DNA from: Saccostrea cucullata
Lineage: Eukaryota
Direction: 5' to 3'
Length of the DNA: 64,000 nt
Assembly: GCF_032062105.1 (NCBI RefSeq)
Contig: NW_026920935.1
Location: 1,302,001-1,366,000 of the forward strand
Below, one piece after another: positions 1 through 13,312 of this stretch. A program made the translations under genes and the position numbers. Below the pieces are notes generated by a model. It did no database searches. It saw nothing but the letters and a program-made list of their open reading frames with translations, and was not told where the DNA came from. Every line of letters starts with the position of its first letter. Position 1 is the stretch's first letter.

Positions 1-3000
1 CTTATTGTTGAACCCAGATTTTTTTAAATCCTCAAAGTCACCAACACGAGATACAGTTTTGTACTTTTATATAGAATCAGCAAGGAATATACTTTTACAT
101 GAGTTTGGGATGTATCAGCACCGAAGGTCTGATTCCAACTGACTATAATGTTTTCACAACAAAACGTATTTTCTGAACAAAAACAGAGTAAAATAAAAGG
201 ATTAACAAAAGGTATATAGAAATCAAGTATCAAACAATTATTGAGCGAATGGTGACATTTTAGCATTATGTATATAATAGAATTAAAGATGAAAGATTAA
301 GCGTCAATAAATATAAACAGATTCCAATCTCTGACCATGCCTCAGGTGGGATTAGGGCTGTGCAGAATTAATTTAATTTATCGCATTTGCCGAAATATAT
401 AAGAAAACTTTTGACAACAATTTACACAAAGTCCGAAAAGTTAATTTACATGGTAATTTGAAATAAGTCTAAAAATGTTATATTTTACACCGTAACATAT
501 ATGTATGTGGAGACATATTTATTCTACTTTTTTATTTTAATAAGAGGAGGTATTGAATTGTTAAATATTATTGCAAGGATAAATAATCTATAAAACATGT
601 TGTATCCACAGGCACGTGGCGTTACATGTGTACTTATTTTCGTTAAAAAAAAAAGAATATACCCATATTTTTCATTAAAAGAAAAATAAGTAACGACAGG
701 TTCCTGTGGTTGTATCTGTAAAACATAAATTTTGTTGAATAATTAATTTCAGCTTCGATGTCTTGTATTAACTTATCTGCTATTCTTTATTTGATAATTG
801 GATATTATGTGTTAATCAATTGTTTGTCCTGTTCAAACGCGATATACAGGGAATATACTGTTTTCCCCGCCATATTTATACAAACACTAAACAACACGAG
901 ATGTTTTATTTAGATCACTAGAGTTCAATCAATGAGCATGCGCATATTTAACACTAGTGCGACACGGGTTGTCTTAATCGAATACACTCTCAGAGTTGGT
1001 TGCTTTTTGTACCGAGGAATAATCACGTGCAATTGTCTTTTCAATGGACATTTTCGGTTGGGTGAACTTCTACAGCTGTCAGCGACTATGGATAAAGAAG
1101 TGTGGAAACCATGTTATGCCAAAATGAAATAACCAATACAAACAAATGATATAATTTGATCAATCAAAATGGTTATTAGATACATTCGATTCTGCATTTC
1201 TTGATGGTTCCAAACAACAATAAGTATTCCACAGAATATTATGTATAAATCTGCACAATATACCGAATGCCAAAACCAGAACACTACTAAATACATGTAA
1301 TATATTTATATTCTTTACATATGAACCACAGTATTTCTGACCCCTTGAAAATAATATAAAAAATCTTGCAAGTAGGTTATCAGCATAGGCTCGGGCTAAT
1401 TCGAAAGTGAAATTTGAAGTTTGGCAGTAAATTGTAGTGAATGAATAAAATTTAGTAGTGAAAGATATTGGAACCTATTTTACTTGTCAGATTTCTTCGA
1501 GCTAGTTGATTTTTATTCTAACTGTTCTATCCCCCCACCCACTTTAAAAAAAACTGATGCTACCTACCTGAATTAATTTTTCTTAATGGTGTTCATCAAA
1601 ATGCTTGGTTGTGCCCTCAAACTGGAATAGTTTTTAGAGGCCTGAAATTCCTTGACCAATTTTATTTTATTAGCCCAACTTTATTTCTAAGAAGGCAAGA
1701 TGTATGGTATGTAAGTTTCATCTACATATGTTATGAAGTTCATATTAAAAAGCCCAAAGGGATAACTGACGATATCCCATTCAGGGTGTAAGCAGCTTAA
1801 ATTACTTTCCATACATTGTATTTGACACAAAATATCTTTTGCGCATTATGCGCTCCATACTGAAGATCCGTAAATGTTCACCCAACCGAAAATGCCCACT
1901 AGCAGTACAGCACGCGGAAACTCTAAACAAACGGACCTGTACAATGGAGTGGGGAAAACTTTAATTTTCATCATTGTTAATCATTTGTATGCAAATATGA
2001 GCATGGGATTAGTAGATAATAATGTACATAATGCATCAAGTCTTTCTGAGAGCGATTTAAAAAACTAGCCTTTTTGAAAAATACATGTAGTATTTTATGT
2101 AGTAACCCATAAATGCATTAAATGCAACTCATTGAGCTGATTGGTCTATTTGTGTCCCTCACTGAACAGACGTCACAAAAAATATTTTCCTCGACCTGAT
2201 GATTCTCGCGATGCTTTTCCCGCGCACATGCGCAGATCCAGGATAAACGTCAGTCCTTTATAAATATGCATGAGAATATCGTGTATTTTTCCTGACCAGT
2301 ACTTTGTTAATACCGAATAAAATTTCGTCGAATTTGCAAGAATGCTTCATTTTTGGTAGCTTATCATACTCCAGAAATTTGTGTTCGGTTTCACCTGTGC
2401 AAAAATACTGTTTAACACGGCATGCATATCTTTAATATTAAAATAAATATAAATCCTATCCATGTTCTGTCAGTCTCGGCTTCCTTCCCTATCTCCTGTC
2501 TCCTCTCTAATGTTATTGCAAATTTTGATATTTTTTACGTAATATATTTTCTAATAAATCAAATGTTTATACATGTACTTTTATCCACAATCATGATTTT
2601 AATTCTAAAACAGAAAAAAATTGTTTTAAACAGTTGGATTAACAATTTTATTAAATACCATTGATTCATAGGATCTTTACATATATAAACACCTTTGAAA
2701 ATCAGGCACGTAGCAACAGGGCCCCCCCCCCCCCACACTTTTTTCCCAGCAATACCTTTACTATTGAAAATGACCATTGAAAGGTAGGTCCCCCCAACTC
2801 TTATCACAGGATAGTGATATGAAGGAAATATAGTATTGTGGGTAAAAAAAAATAGGAATTGAAAGGAAGTTGGCCTTAAAAAAAGTTGGCCACTCCCCCC
2901 CCCCCCCCAAATGAAATTTAAAAAAATTGCAATAACACACCTTTGAAAAATACAATCTGATTGATGTTCTGGTACGTTTATTTAAGTATTTATTTTTTTT

Positions 3001-3204
3001 TTTAAAGATAATTCATCACCTAAATCTTTTATCTTTTGCGATCTATCCGGAATAATTTCTTCCATATATTTTAAGTTTTGTAATTTATTTGCGGACACCT
3101 GGTTCCTGTTTGGATTAGTGATTAGTAATCGATAAATTATTATTTCACATTCCTTAATCCTTATTGGAAATTCACAGCAGCCCAAAAAATTGTTGAACAT
3201 TAAG

Positions 3205-4220
3205 ATGTCTACGGAGGAATTTAACCTTGAAAAGTTAGACAGTTTGTTTGCAAAATGTAAAGATGGAGATGTAGTGATAATGGACGCCTATGTAGATGCA
3301 TATGAAGAATTAAGCAAGTAAGTGAAAATCAGTGGGGTTATGTGTCGTGGTTAGACTTATAGGTGCTATGAAATTTTATATTGTGTTTTTCAATATCTGT
3401 CTAAAGGCACTCATAAAAAAATAATAAGAATTCGCTGAAACAGCATTTTTAAAAAATATATAAAGACGTAGGCTTCCTTGTATACATGTTACACATTTCA
3501 AAGGGATAACATTAGGTAAGTTCAAGATTTAACTGTTCTTAGCATTTGTATCAACCTCACAGCCTAAAGTAGACGCCAGTAAACTTGCATTCAATCAGTT
3601 ACATTTTTTTTTCAAGCAGCTAGATCTACTTTCAGTTTGTACTAACCGCATGCAGCAATACTGTAGTTCCATTGGCATTGAAAACTAACATTCTGTTTAT
3701 ATTTTACAGATTGTTTTCCATACTGGGATCAGTGTTTGGCTTTGTTACGTCAGATGTAGTAGAAAAAATAGGCATTCTTAGAGAATATCGAAGCAGCGAA
3801 GTGTCTGAGAAGTATGTCTCCATACAGAGCATGATTCAGTATGAAGTAGAAACCAAGACCACTAACAACAAAAAGAAGGCCTCTGGATCAAGAACTCTTT
3901 TACGACTTCATAGAGCTCTGGAATTCACATCAAGGCTTCTGTCAGACCTAAAGATGGCTGAGGAACACGAGAAAATGTCCCATCTCACCAAAACAGCTTA
4001 CGACGACACACTTGCTCGTCATCATCCGTGGCTTATAAGGAAAGGTGTACATGTAGCCGTCTACACATTACCCTCCAGAAAACATTTCCTTGAGAAGTTG
4101 AAAGTTGAGGATGCTGAAAAAGCTAAAGATTTACTAGGAAGGGTATCAGATGTCCAGAAGGAAATATTCGTCATCACGGAAGAGCTGTATGCAAAGGAGA
4201 GTCTACTAGATTTACCTTAG
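3205..4220 (+). CDS. CPTP: Ceramide-1-phosphate transfer protein (GLTP-fold), ~207 aa; exons 3205-3317 and 3710-4220
   Basis: ATG at 3205, AA|gtaag donor, ttttacag|A acceptor in matching phase. Protein has SVFGFVTSDVVEKI, SGSRTLLRLHRAL, AYDDTLARHHPWLIRKGV and C-terminal LLDLP; the K/R/R phosphate-binding residues mark CPTP/ACD11 rather than GLTP. Confidence 0.93.
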
Positions 4221-4300
4221 ATAACCAATTAACCATGATTATTTATTATACAAACTGTCTGTGATTTTATTTTGTTTTTTACATTTGGAGACAATTTCTG

Positions 4301-5989
4301 TTTTTAGGTCACCTGAGTAAACTCAGGTGACCTATTGCTATCTGTTTTTGTCCGTCGTCGTCCGTTAACATTTGAACATTTTCAGCTTCTTCTGAACCAA
4401 TTTCAACCAAATTTGGCATAGAGCATCTATGGGAGAAGGGGAACAAAAATTGTGAATTTCGTATTCCCTGCCCCCATGGGGCCTGGGGGGTGGGGCAAAA
4501 ACCACTAAAATTAGTGCAATCTTTAAAAATCTTCTTCTTTACTCCTGGACTTCAAGCAGTCAAACTGTTAGTATGATTGTAATAAGCATTGAGTCCTCTA
4601 CCAAAATTGTGAAATTCATGGCCCCAGGGTCAGGGGTTCTAGTACTAGGGCGGGGCTAAATAGGTTATATAGTGAAAATGCGTTATTTCTTTGAAATTCT
4701 TCTTTTCTGCTCCTTGGCATTAAATAAACTAACCAAGTGATAGTTGAGTTGTAAATGACTGCCTCCTCCAAAATTGTGAATTTCATGGCCCCAGGGCAGG
4801 GGTTTTAGTGCTAGGGCGGGGCTATATAGATTATATAGTGAAAATGCAAAAATTCTTTGAACGTCTTCTTTTCTGTTTGTGAGCATTAAATAAACTAACA
4901 AAGTGCATAGCTATGTTGAATAAGACTGCCTCTTCTAAAATTGTGAATCTAATGGCCCTAGGGTCGGGGGTTCTAGTGGCAGGGCGGGGCTATATAGATT
5001 ATATAGTGAAAATGCAAAAATTCTTTGAAATTCTTCTTCTCTGTTCGTGGGGATTAAATAAACTAACTAAGTACATAGCTATGTTGAATAAGACTGCCTC
5101 TTCCAAAATTGTGAATTTCATGGCCCCAGGGCAGGGGTTTTAGTGCTAGGGCGGGGCTATATAGATTATATAGTGAAAATGCAAAAATTCTTTGAACGTC
5201 TTCTTTTCTGTTTGTGAGCATTAAATAAACTAACAAAGTATATATGTTGAAAAACTGCCTCTTCTAAAATTGTATTTCTATATAGATTATATAGTAAAAA
5301 TGATTTATTTCTTTGAAAATCTTCTTCTTTGCTCCTGAGTATTAAATAAACTAACCAAGTACGTAGTTATGTTGAATAAGGCTGCCTCTTCCAAATTTGT
5401 GAATTTCATGACCCCTGGGTTAGGGGTTCTGGTGTTAGGGTGGGGCTTTTTTGATTATATAGTGAAAATGCATAAATTCTCTAGAAATCTTTTTTTCTAC
5501 ACCTGGGTATTTAACCATTGAACTATGTACATAGTTATGAGAAGGAAGGATGAATCTTTGATATTTGTGAATTTCAGAGCCCCTGGGTCAGGGCTTCTTG
5601 TGTTAGGGTGGGGCTCTAATGTTTATTTAATGAAAATGCATGAATTCTTTGAAAATGTTTTCCTTTTTTCTTGGGTATTATGCCAATGATCTTAGTATAT
5701 ATTTATGACAAAGAAAGCTGCTTCTTTCAAAAACGGTTATTTTACTGGCCCCTGGGACTGAGGTGCTTTTGGGGGGGGGGGGGATACATAATCTGAAAAT
5801 TATTTAATACTTTGAAAGCTGCACTTTGGTATTAATCAACAACATTATGAAATAAAACTTAAATGGTGCCTCTTTCAAAATTGCATCAGAATTCCATGGC
5901 CTCTGCTTTAAAACATGAATCAAATTTAACTTGGTGGAAAGTTGTTGCATGATACTCAGGTGACCTATAAGGCCCTTGGGCCTCTTGTT
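4301..5989 (+). mobile_element. Non-autonomous Helentron (HINE) with internal ~168-bp tandem array, ~80 bp after the CPTP stop
   Basis: 5' TTTTTAGGTCACCTGAGTAAACTCAGGTGACCT hairpin, GTC/GTCC microsatellite, tandem units, 3' CTCAGGTGACCTA subTIR, then AGGCCCTTGGGCCT hairpin and CTTGTT end. Confidence 0.88.
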
Positions 5990-6224
5990 GGAATATTTCT
6001 TCTTTTATTTACATTATTTTTGTGTGTAAATGCACTATGAAGGACCATAATACCTAACCTTTTATGACTGTTGAGGGAGTATTCACTAATCAGAATGTTT
6101 TTTTTTTCCTAGTACATCAAATTTAGCTATGGAGTTTTTAATATGAAAGGACATTCATGAACTTTAAAAAAATGTATTTCATTGTAAAATTTGGACTTCA
6201 GGACTGAAAAGTTTGTGCAGACTT

Positions 6225-6270
6225 ATTATAGTAATACAAACATTATGATTATAGTAATACAAACATTATG
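6225..6270. repeat. Perfect 23-bp tandem duplication
   Basis: attatagtaatacaaacattatg occurs twice. Confidence 0.9.
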
Positions 6271-7560
6271 TGAAATAGCTTTCAACAGTAAAGGAGAGTT
6301 CCAAAGAAACTTTTCTTTAAAAGTATAAAATTATGAATTTAGGCAAGATTGAACCTTTATGGGAAAAAAGATGTTTTCTAGAAATCCCTTTTTGGGCCCT
6401 TTCAACTGACTTCAGACTTCTCTGATGACTTTCATGATAATTACATCATGTTGATTTACATGCAGGTGGTGAATGTACATAAAAATAACTGATGCAATAC
6501 AATCAAGCTATGCAAACTGGAGGGTAACATTTTGATTTAAAAAATTAATTTTAATGTAGTAACATGACTTATTTGGTATTTAGAATAAGTATTTAAGCAG
6601 ATTTTAAGAAAATTATTTAAAGTATTACTATACATAAAATACCCAATTGAAGATTAACCTTATGTATCAGAAAATGTTATGCAACTAACAAACATTGATC
6701 CAATGAATAAGTAACTTTAGAGGAGCTACTTTAGAAATAATTGAAACATCTTTCTTTTTCCATGTGATTCAAATTCAGTTAAAGTGTTAAGGTACTCAAT
6801 TGTTAAAAAAATAATTGACTTACATCTATAATTTATTTCTTGTTTATGTTTTGATTTACCTATATATAAGGATTTATATTCACAATGTCTGTTTCACGTA
6901 ATGAAAAGTCAGAAGCCTGAGAAGGTGACATTTCATAGATTGAAAGATAAAAAAAAAGTTGTGTATTCTGTTGAAATATGAACCATATTTGCATGAATTT
7001 GTAAAGGAAAAAGAATACTCAAAGGGTTTGTAAGGTCTTAAAATTTCATTTATTTCTACTGTATTTATCATAAAATTGATGGATATATAACTTGACATTA
7101 GTATAGATAGCAGAGGTGTGTATTTTTGGAGTTTTCTCTTTTCTAGACTGTTTATGAGAAGTGGTTTGCACTAAGATTAACCAAGATTTAACTCCTTGAC
7201 CTTCTTTTTGTTACCAAGATCTACAATTTTTATTTATTATTGTTCCATGTACAAATTGTTTCTTTTATGTGCACAAATAAAATATCTGTCCAGTTGAAAA
7301 CTGTATGTCTATATTTGGTTGCTGTTACTCCTACAAGTAAGAGATTTGGTTAACGTCCCTACGCTCCTTATATACCTTGGGGTTTCAGCTGCAAGAATTT
7401 TTACAATGGATGCTAGAGGTTACGCGAACCAACTCAAAAGTATCTCACCGTGAATCTCTAGCATGCTGGAGTAGGTTGCTGTATACCCTATAGAAATGAC
7501 CTTGTATCTGTTTTAACTCATTTATTTTCTAAAACAACCTGGGTATCTTTCAATATATGG

Positions 7561-7720
7561 AGACTGGTCCTTGGCATGAGACCTTTATAACCGAGATCCT
7601 GTTGCAGTAGGTCCTGGCATGAAAAAGATCACTCACTGCTCAATGGCCCTGAGTGCCAAGCATAGACCTGTCAAAATTTGCAGTTCTCTATAGAAAAGTG
7701 TTGGTGTATGAGTGAAAAAT
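7561..7720 (+). mobile_element. 5'-truncated SINE, same family as 48795-49101
   Basis: atgagacc..aaccgagatcc..ggcatgaaaaagatc..tgctcaatggccct..atgagtgaaaaat matches the central and 3' part of the full copy. Confidence 0.75.
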
Positions 7721-8065
7721 AATTTCCATATTTTTTTTCATCAAAATTTGTTTTAGAAGAGGTGTACAAATCTATATATAGATATTAAAAGTATTGCACC
7801 CAGGTCCTTCATTTAGTTGAACTCTTCAACTCCAGGGAAGAGACCAATAAAGTTCAAACTACATTGCGTATGAGCTTAACAGAGACAGATTCTCTCCTCT
7901 GTTTAACCCAAAATGGGGGAAGGGGGATTTGTACTTTGGTTGGCTTAGTATTACTTTTATGACCACTGTTATGTAATACATTTAAAAATATGAACCTGAA
8001 GCTAGTCCTCCTACTCTTAAAAACTACATTTTGGAAAAAATGATGTCTATTTAAATGGATCAAAA

Positions 8066-8262
8066 TGTATTTGTGAAATGCTGATGCCCTCATAATATGG
8101 CAGCTTAAGGCCATGATTGAAGTTTTTCAAATGCAAGTCAAAATCCAAGTCAAAGTCAAAATTGTTGGTATCCACAGGAAGGTCTTGTCAGAAGGAATAC
8201 ACCTGTGAAATATGAAATCCCTAGTACTAACTTTCAAAAGTTATGGCCAAGGTTAATTTTAA
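8066..8262 (-). mobile_element. Short degenerate HINE-like fragment downstream of AURKAIP1
   Basis: Motifs typical of this repeat class (tgtatttgtgaaatgctgatgccc; gtgaaatatgaaa..caaaagttatggccaagg). Boundaries approximate. Confidence 0.45.
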
Positions 8263-8407
8263 AAGATGGCCTAATCAAAATATTTCTTACAGTTCATATG
8301 ACAATTATCCTTGATTATTACTGTAATACAAGTTGCAAAAAAACTGAATTGTTGTCTTTTATTTATGGATTTTATGCTGCAATTCACATACCATAATACA
8401 CATAAGA

Positions 8408-9505
8408 TTACAAAATATCTAAAGATTTATCCTCTACTTGAGAGGAAGCGTTTTTCTTGTCCTCCCTATTCGGTCCAAAGCACTCGACATAAAACCCTCC
8501 CCGCCTCGCTGTCTCCAGATCCTGCATCACTTTTTCCTCTGCATTGAAATTAGCAGAATAAGTCCTAAATCTCTCAATAACTTTTAAATCTTCTTTAGCT
8601 CTCTTCTCCAGCTTTCTGTGTCTATGCTCCCTGATATCCATCAAGTTTTCGTGTCGGTATCGACGTAGTTTGTGTTTGTTCATCCTACTTCTCTGTCTCC
8701 TAAGTTCGTCCACAGCCTCTTTGAGTGGAGAATCATAAAGAGTTGGGGCCTCCTTCTCAGTATAACATCCTGTCAATGGATTTGGTAGGAGGAATTCTAC
8801 CTCTGTTTTATAAAATGTGGGGCATGATTTGGGATTTGATATGAATACATCCAGTATGACACAGGTCAGGGAGTTGGTGGGACAGATAATGCCTTCCTTA
8901 TTTGAGGAAGGAGGCCTCCCTTTCTTTTCAGCTTCTTTTATGATTCCTGAACTTTGTCCAAATCTGTTTGGAAAACTTGAGGATTCTGTGGCAACTGAAA
9001 ACAAATCAAAAGGTATATATATAATAATATATGTATTTAATACAAATAATATATATGAAAGCTTTTTTATGAAAGATTTTTAATTGTCGTTACTGTAATA
9101 CTATTCCACTTGTTATCATCTGACATGAAAAATAATGATTGAGCTCCCCCTTTAATCTAAACATACTTTGTTTGTGGTTTTAAGAGGACAGAATTGATTT
9201 GCTACACACTGCCCAGTACTTGGGTATGCTTTGTTATAAAGTGGCTGATGCCTAGTTACTGTAAGCATAGATTTTTAAACTTGTTGGTAAAGAGAAATTG
9301 AAAATTAACAAACACAACACAAGAAAGCAGCACAAAATTTGATGTAAAAGCTCAAAAAAGCCTACATCTGAACTTTTGCTTACTAGCATTATTCACTAAT
9401 ATTATTATATATATTAATCCTTTTACCTGATGATAGAGAAGACATCTGTCTTAAGCTCAATCTCTGCACACATTGTCTCAGCAAGTCTAATGAGAGAGTC
9501 CTCAT
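8408..9505 (-). CDS. AURKAIP1: AURKAIP1 / mitoribosomal small-subunit protein mS38 (COX24-like), ~221 aa; coding exons 9505-9427 and 8994-8408
   Basis: Exon 1 encodes MRTLSLDLLRQCVQRLSLRQMSSLSS (Arg/Ser/Leu-rich, presequence-like). G|gtaaaag joins ttttcag|TT in phase. RRQRSRMNKHKLRRYR resembles the mS38 motif RRRKMNHHKYRKL. An acceptor just upstream of 9520 implies a non-coding first exon, with candidate donors at ~13217 or ~13495. Confidence 0.78.
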
Positions 9506-10948
9506 TTCTAATCAAGATATCTGCAATGAAAGATTAAACATTTCTGACTTAGATATGGAAACTAACATACATCATCATCTGGTGTCACAGTTTAGACCTT
9601 TCAATTGTCTCCTGCAGTTTGAAAAATTTGTTCAATATTGAATAGTTGGGATATGCAATATTACAAAACTGTGCTAGCCCCAACGACTTCGCTGTCAATG
9701 CTGCAACTGTTAGGGCAAGCTCTGTGGTGTATATTACTGAATATTCTGCCTATTCATGTTTAACCTTGATCTACCTCTTCAAACCACATTCGGAAGGACT
9801 AAGTTGGGCAGTTGAATATTTGGTAAATGTGTATTTTAAAAACTGAATTTATGAGATGATCATTGTAAGTTCTTAATTAAAATTACTTATCACAGTGCGA
9901 GCAGCTAAACAGAATGCCACAATTTCAGGGCACAATGGACATAGATTCGAGAAGATTCAACAAAATACACTGTAGTTCACCTGGCCACAATGGTTCAGAG
10001 TATAAATTGCATATACAGGAAACCAAAGTCAGCCCAAACGTTGCTTCAAGCATAGGAACTCCTAATTTTATCAATACAAAGTCAATTGAAATCACTTGAT
10101 TGACTTATATTTTATTGATAAAACTGCAAACCACCGAGTCCTGTGCTTAAAAAGCCCTAATCCGAGATTTCTCTGACTTTTACCCTTGCTTTTTATATTG
10201 TGACATGTGCAGGGGAAAGTCAGAGCGGTGACCATACTGAAAAGTGGGAATTCAGCGACACCAGCTGATGTCGCAACTCTGCCTACCTTTTACAACTTTA
10301 TTTCATTGATCTAACTCCTGAGCAGTGTTTTACTTTTATTTCAAAGTAAAGGGTTAGAGATCAATTGTAACAGGCCAGGGGCTGAGGTTTATAGACAGAA
10401 ACTCTGTGGACATTACAACAAATATTTATTTCAAAGCAGCATTTTTGTCAATTGAAGTGATCAATTTCAAACAATCATGTAAAAATATTATGTGTGGTGT
10501 TACTGCAGTTTTTCCCCTCATATTAGCATAGAAGTAGTTTTTGACAGTTGCTTTCCTTATCAATAAATAAATGAAACATCATTATGTTGTTTAATGTATT
10601 TTTTCACAACACTTTCATATTTTTACCAAAGGTCCACACGTGTTTTGAGCATGTGTTACTTTGAAACTGATTGGAATACGCGAGTTTCGAGATTGTAACT
10701 CTCCTGCGTTAGAGGCACAAAAAGTACCCATTTTAGCATGGAGGTGGGACAGGTTGTCTCTGTATACAAACGTGCACAAATAAAAGAACAATATTTATGG
10801 CTTTTAAAATTTTTTTAATGTTATAGAAAGATAATTATGTTAAGCAGTGATGCATTTGATGATTTTTATCAGGCTCAATTATGCATATTTACAAATCTAC
10901 TATCAATTTTCGGGTACTTGAAAATGAAAGAAACGTCATAGTCTTTAT

Positions 10949-12431
10949 AACAAGAGGCCCATGGGCCTTATAGGTCACCTGAGCATTATTCAACAACTTT
11001 CCAGTGATTGAATTTGATCCATGTTTTAAGCCAGATGCTGTAGCATTTACAATTTGGTCATCATAACTATACACTTAACAGTTCCTTAGTTTGGTTGCTT
11101 AATACCCAAAGGCAGGGTAGGGGAACAAAAAATGCATTTCAACAAATCAGTAATATTCAGCAATAATCAGTTGTGCCGCTACCACACATGAACCCTTTAC
11201 TCTTAGGCCTAGATCCACACATTGCACAATTTTTGGAAAGGCATCCTTGCTTTTCAAAAATATTTGATAAATAACAAGGAGCACATTTCAAACAATTCAT
11301 TCATTTTTAGTATATAAGAACAGCCCCCCCCCCCCCCTCTATGGTACAACTGACCCTGGGGTCTTGAAATTTACAATTCTTGAAGATTAGGTCCCTTGCT
11401 CATAACTATATAGGTAGTTCATATGCTTAAAGCCTAGGAGCAAAGAAGAAAATATTCAAAGATTTAATGTTTTTTCACTATACATGCATAATCAATACAG
11501 CCCCCCCCTAACACCAGAGTCCCTGACCCTGGGGCCATAAAATTCACAATTTTGGTAGAGGCACTCTTGCTCATCATAACTATGTACTTAGTTAGTTTAT
11601 TTAATACCCAGGAGCAGAGAAGAAGATTTTCAAAGAATTCATGTATTTTCACTATATAATCAATAGAGCCCCGCCCTAACACCAGAACCCCTGACCCTGG
11701 GGCCATAAAATTCACAATTTTGGTAGAGGCACTCTTGCTCATCATAACTATGTACTTAGTTAGTTTATTTAATACCCAGGAGCAGAGAAGAAGATTTTCA
11801 AAGGATTCATGTATCTTTACTATAAAATCAATAGAGCCCCACCCTAACACCAGAACCCCTGACCCTGGGGCCATAAAATTCACAATTTTGGTAGAGGCAC
11901 TCTTGCTCATCATAACTATGTACTTAGTTAGTTTATTTAATACCCAGGAGCAGAGAAGAAGATTTTCAAAGGATTCTTGTATCTTTACTGAACACCAGAA
12001 CCCCTGACCCTGGGGCCATAAAATTCACAATTTTGGTAGAGGCACTCTTGCTCATCATAACTATGTACTTATTTAGTTTATTTAATACCCAGGAGCAGAG
12101 AAGAAGATTTTCAAAGAATTCATGTATTTTCACTATATAATCAATAGAGCCCCGCCCTAACACCAGAACCCCTGACCCTGGGGCCATAAAATTCACAATT
12201 TTGGTAGAGGCACTCTTGCTCATCATAACTATGTACTTAGTTAGTATATTTAATACCCAGGAGCAGAGAAGAAGATTTTCAAAGAATTCATGTATTTTCA
12301 CTATATAATCAATAGAGCCCCGCCCTTACACCAGAATCCCTGACCCTGGGCCATAAAATTCACAATTTTAGTAGAGGCACTCTTGCTCATCATAACTATG
12401 TACTTAGTTAGTTTATTTAATACCCAGGAGC

Positions 12432-12473
<42 letters not shown>

Positions 12474-12711
12474 ACTTTTTTAGCCCCGTCCTAGCACAAG
12501 TACCCCTGACCCCAGGGCCATGAATTTCACAATTTTGGTAAAGGACTCAATGCTGATTACAATCATGCAAACAGTTTGACTGCTTGATGTCCAGGAGTAA
12601 AGAAGAAGATTTTTAAAGATTGCATTAATTTTAGTGGTTTTGGCCCCACCCCTCAGGCCCCAGGGGGGCAGGAATCATGAAATTCATAATTTTTGTTCCC
12701 CTTCACCCATA

Positions 12712-12742
<31 letters not shown>

Positions 12743-12843
12743 TTCAGTGGTTGCAGAGAAGAAGCTGAAAATGTTCAAAAGTTTACGACCGATTGACGAC
12801 GAACGACGAACGACGTACGACGGACGACGACGGACGAAAACAG

Positions 12844-12883
<40 letters not shown>
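10949..12883 (-). mobile_element. HINE with highly homogeneous 168-bp tandem array, probably in the AURKAIP1 5'UTR intron
   Basis: Reverse complement of the same termini as 4301-5989; about 6 near-identical units, one internally deleted near 11990. Confidence 0.9.
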
Positions 12884-13312
12884 GTAACCGATTTTCTAAA
12901 AAATTAAGTGTTTTTTAAAGTTATAATACGGAAAAGAATCAATATGTCATTTAGATTCCCGACGTGCAACGATCAGATGCATGTGTACCGTATTTATTAG
13001 GGGTCCATATCTCTTCCCTCGTCCGAAAAGTCTCACTTCCACTGATATTTTCTTCTTTGTTTCGATTTTTTTTTTTTGCTTTAAAAAATGATGCCTTTAC
13101 ATTAACTTGGTTATTCTCGAGTTGTAGAGTGCATCCTGACAATGGTGTAGTTATGATAAACCGGTATATCGATGATGCAATGTATCCAACATACACAGTA
13201 TCAAATATCTGTCCCACCTATTTGTTTACGCGGCAACGAAACTCCCCTCCTCAACGTAGTGGACGTCCGACCAAATATTTTAGTCCCTACGACATCTCAC
13301 TGAGATTAGCTG

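Noticed and set aside
1-3100. Protein-coding exons in the first 3 kb
   Set aside because: Only short low-complexity ORFs without recognisable motifs or a consistent splice chain; likely TE relics and promoter sequence.
3672-3709. ORF-track N-terminus of CPTP (MALKTNILFIFYR)
   Set aside because: Intronic pyrimidine tract with a TTG start; the real start is in the exon at 3205.
4683-5143. ORFs in satellite arrays (also 12653, 23326, 28735) as genes
   Set aside because: They are translations of HINE repeats or termini.
8817-9083. Plus-strand 88-aa ORF
   Set aside because: Antisense shadow of the AURKAIP1 exon; the same applies to 37493, 55720, 62667 and 63812 against their genes.
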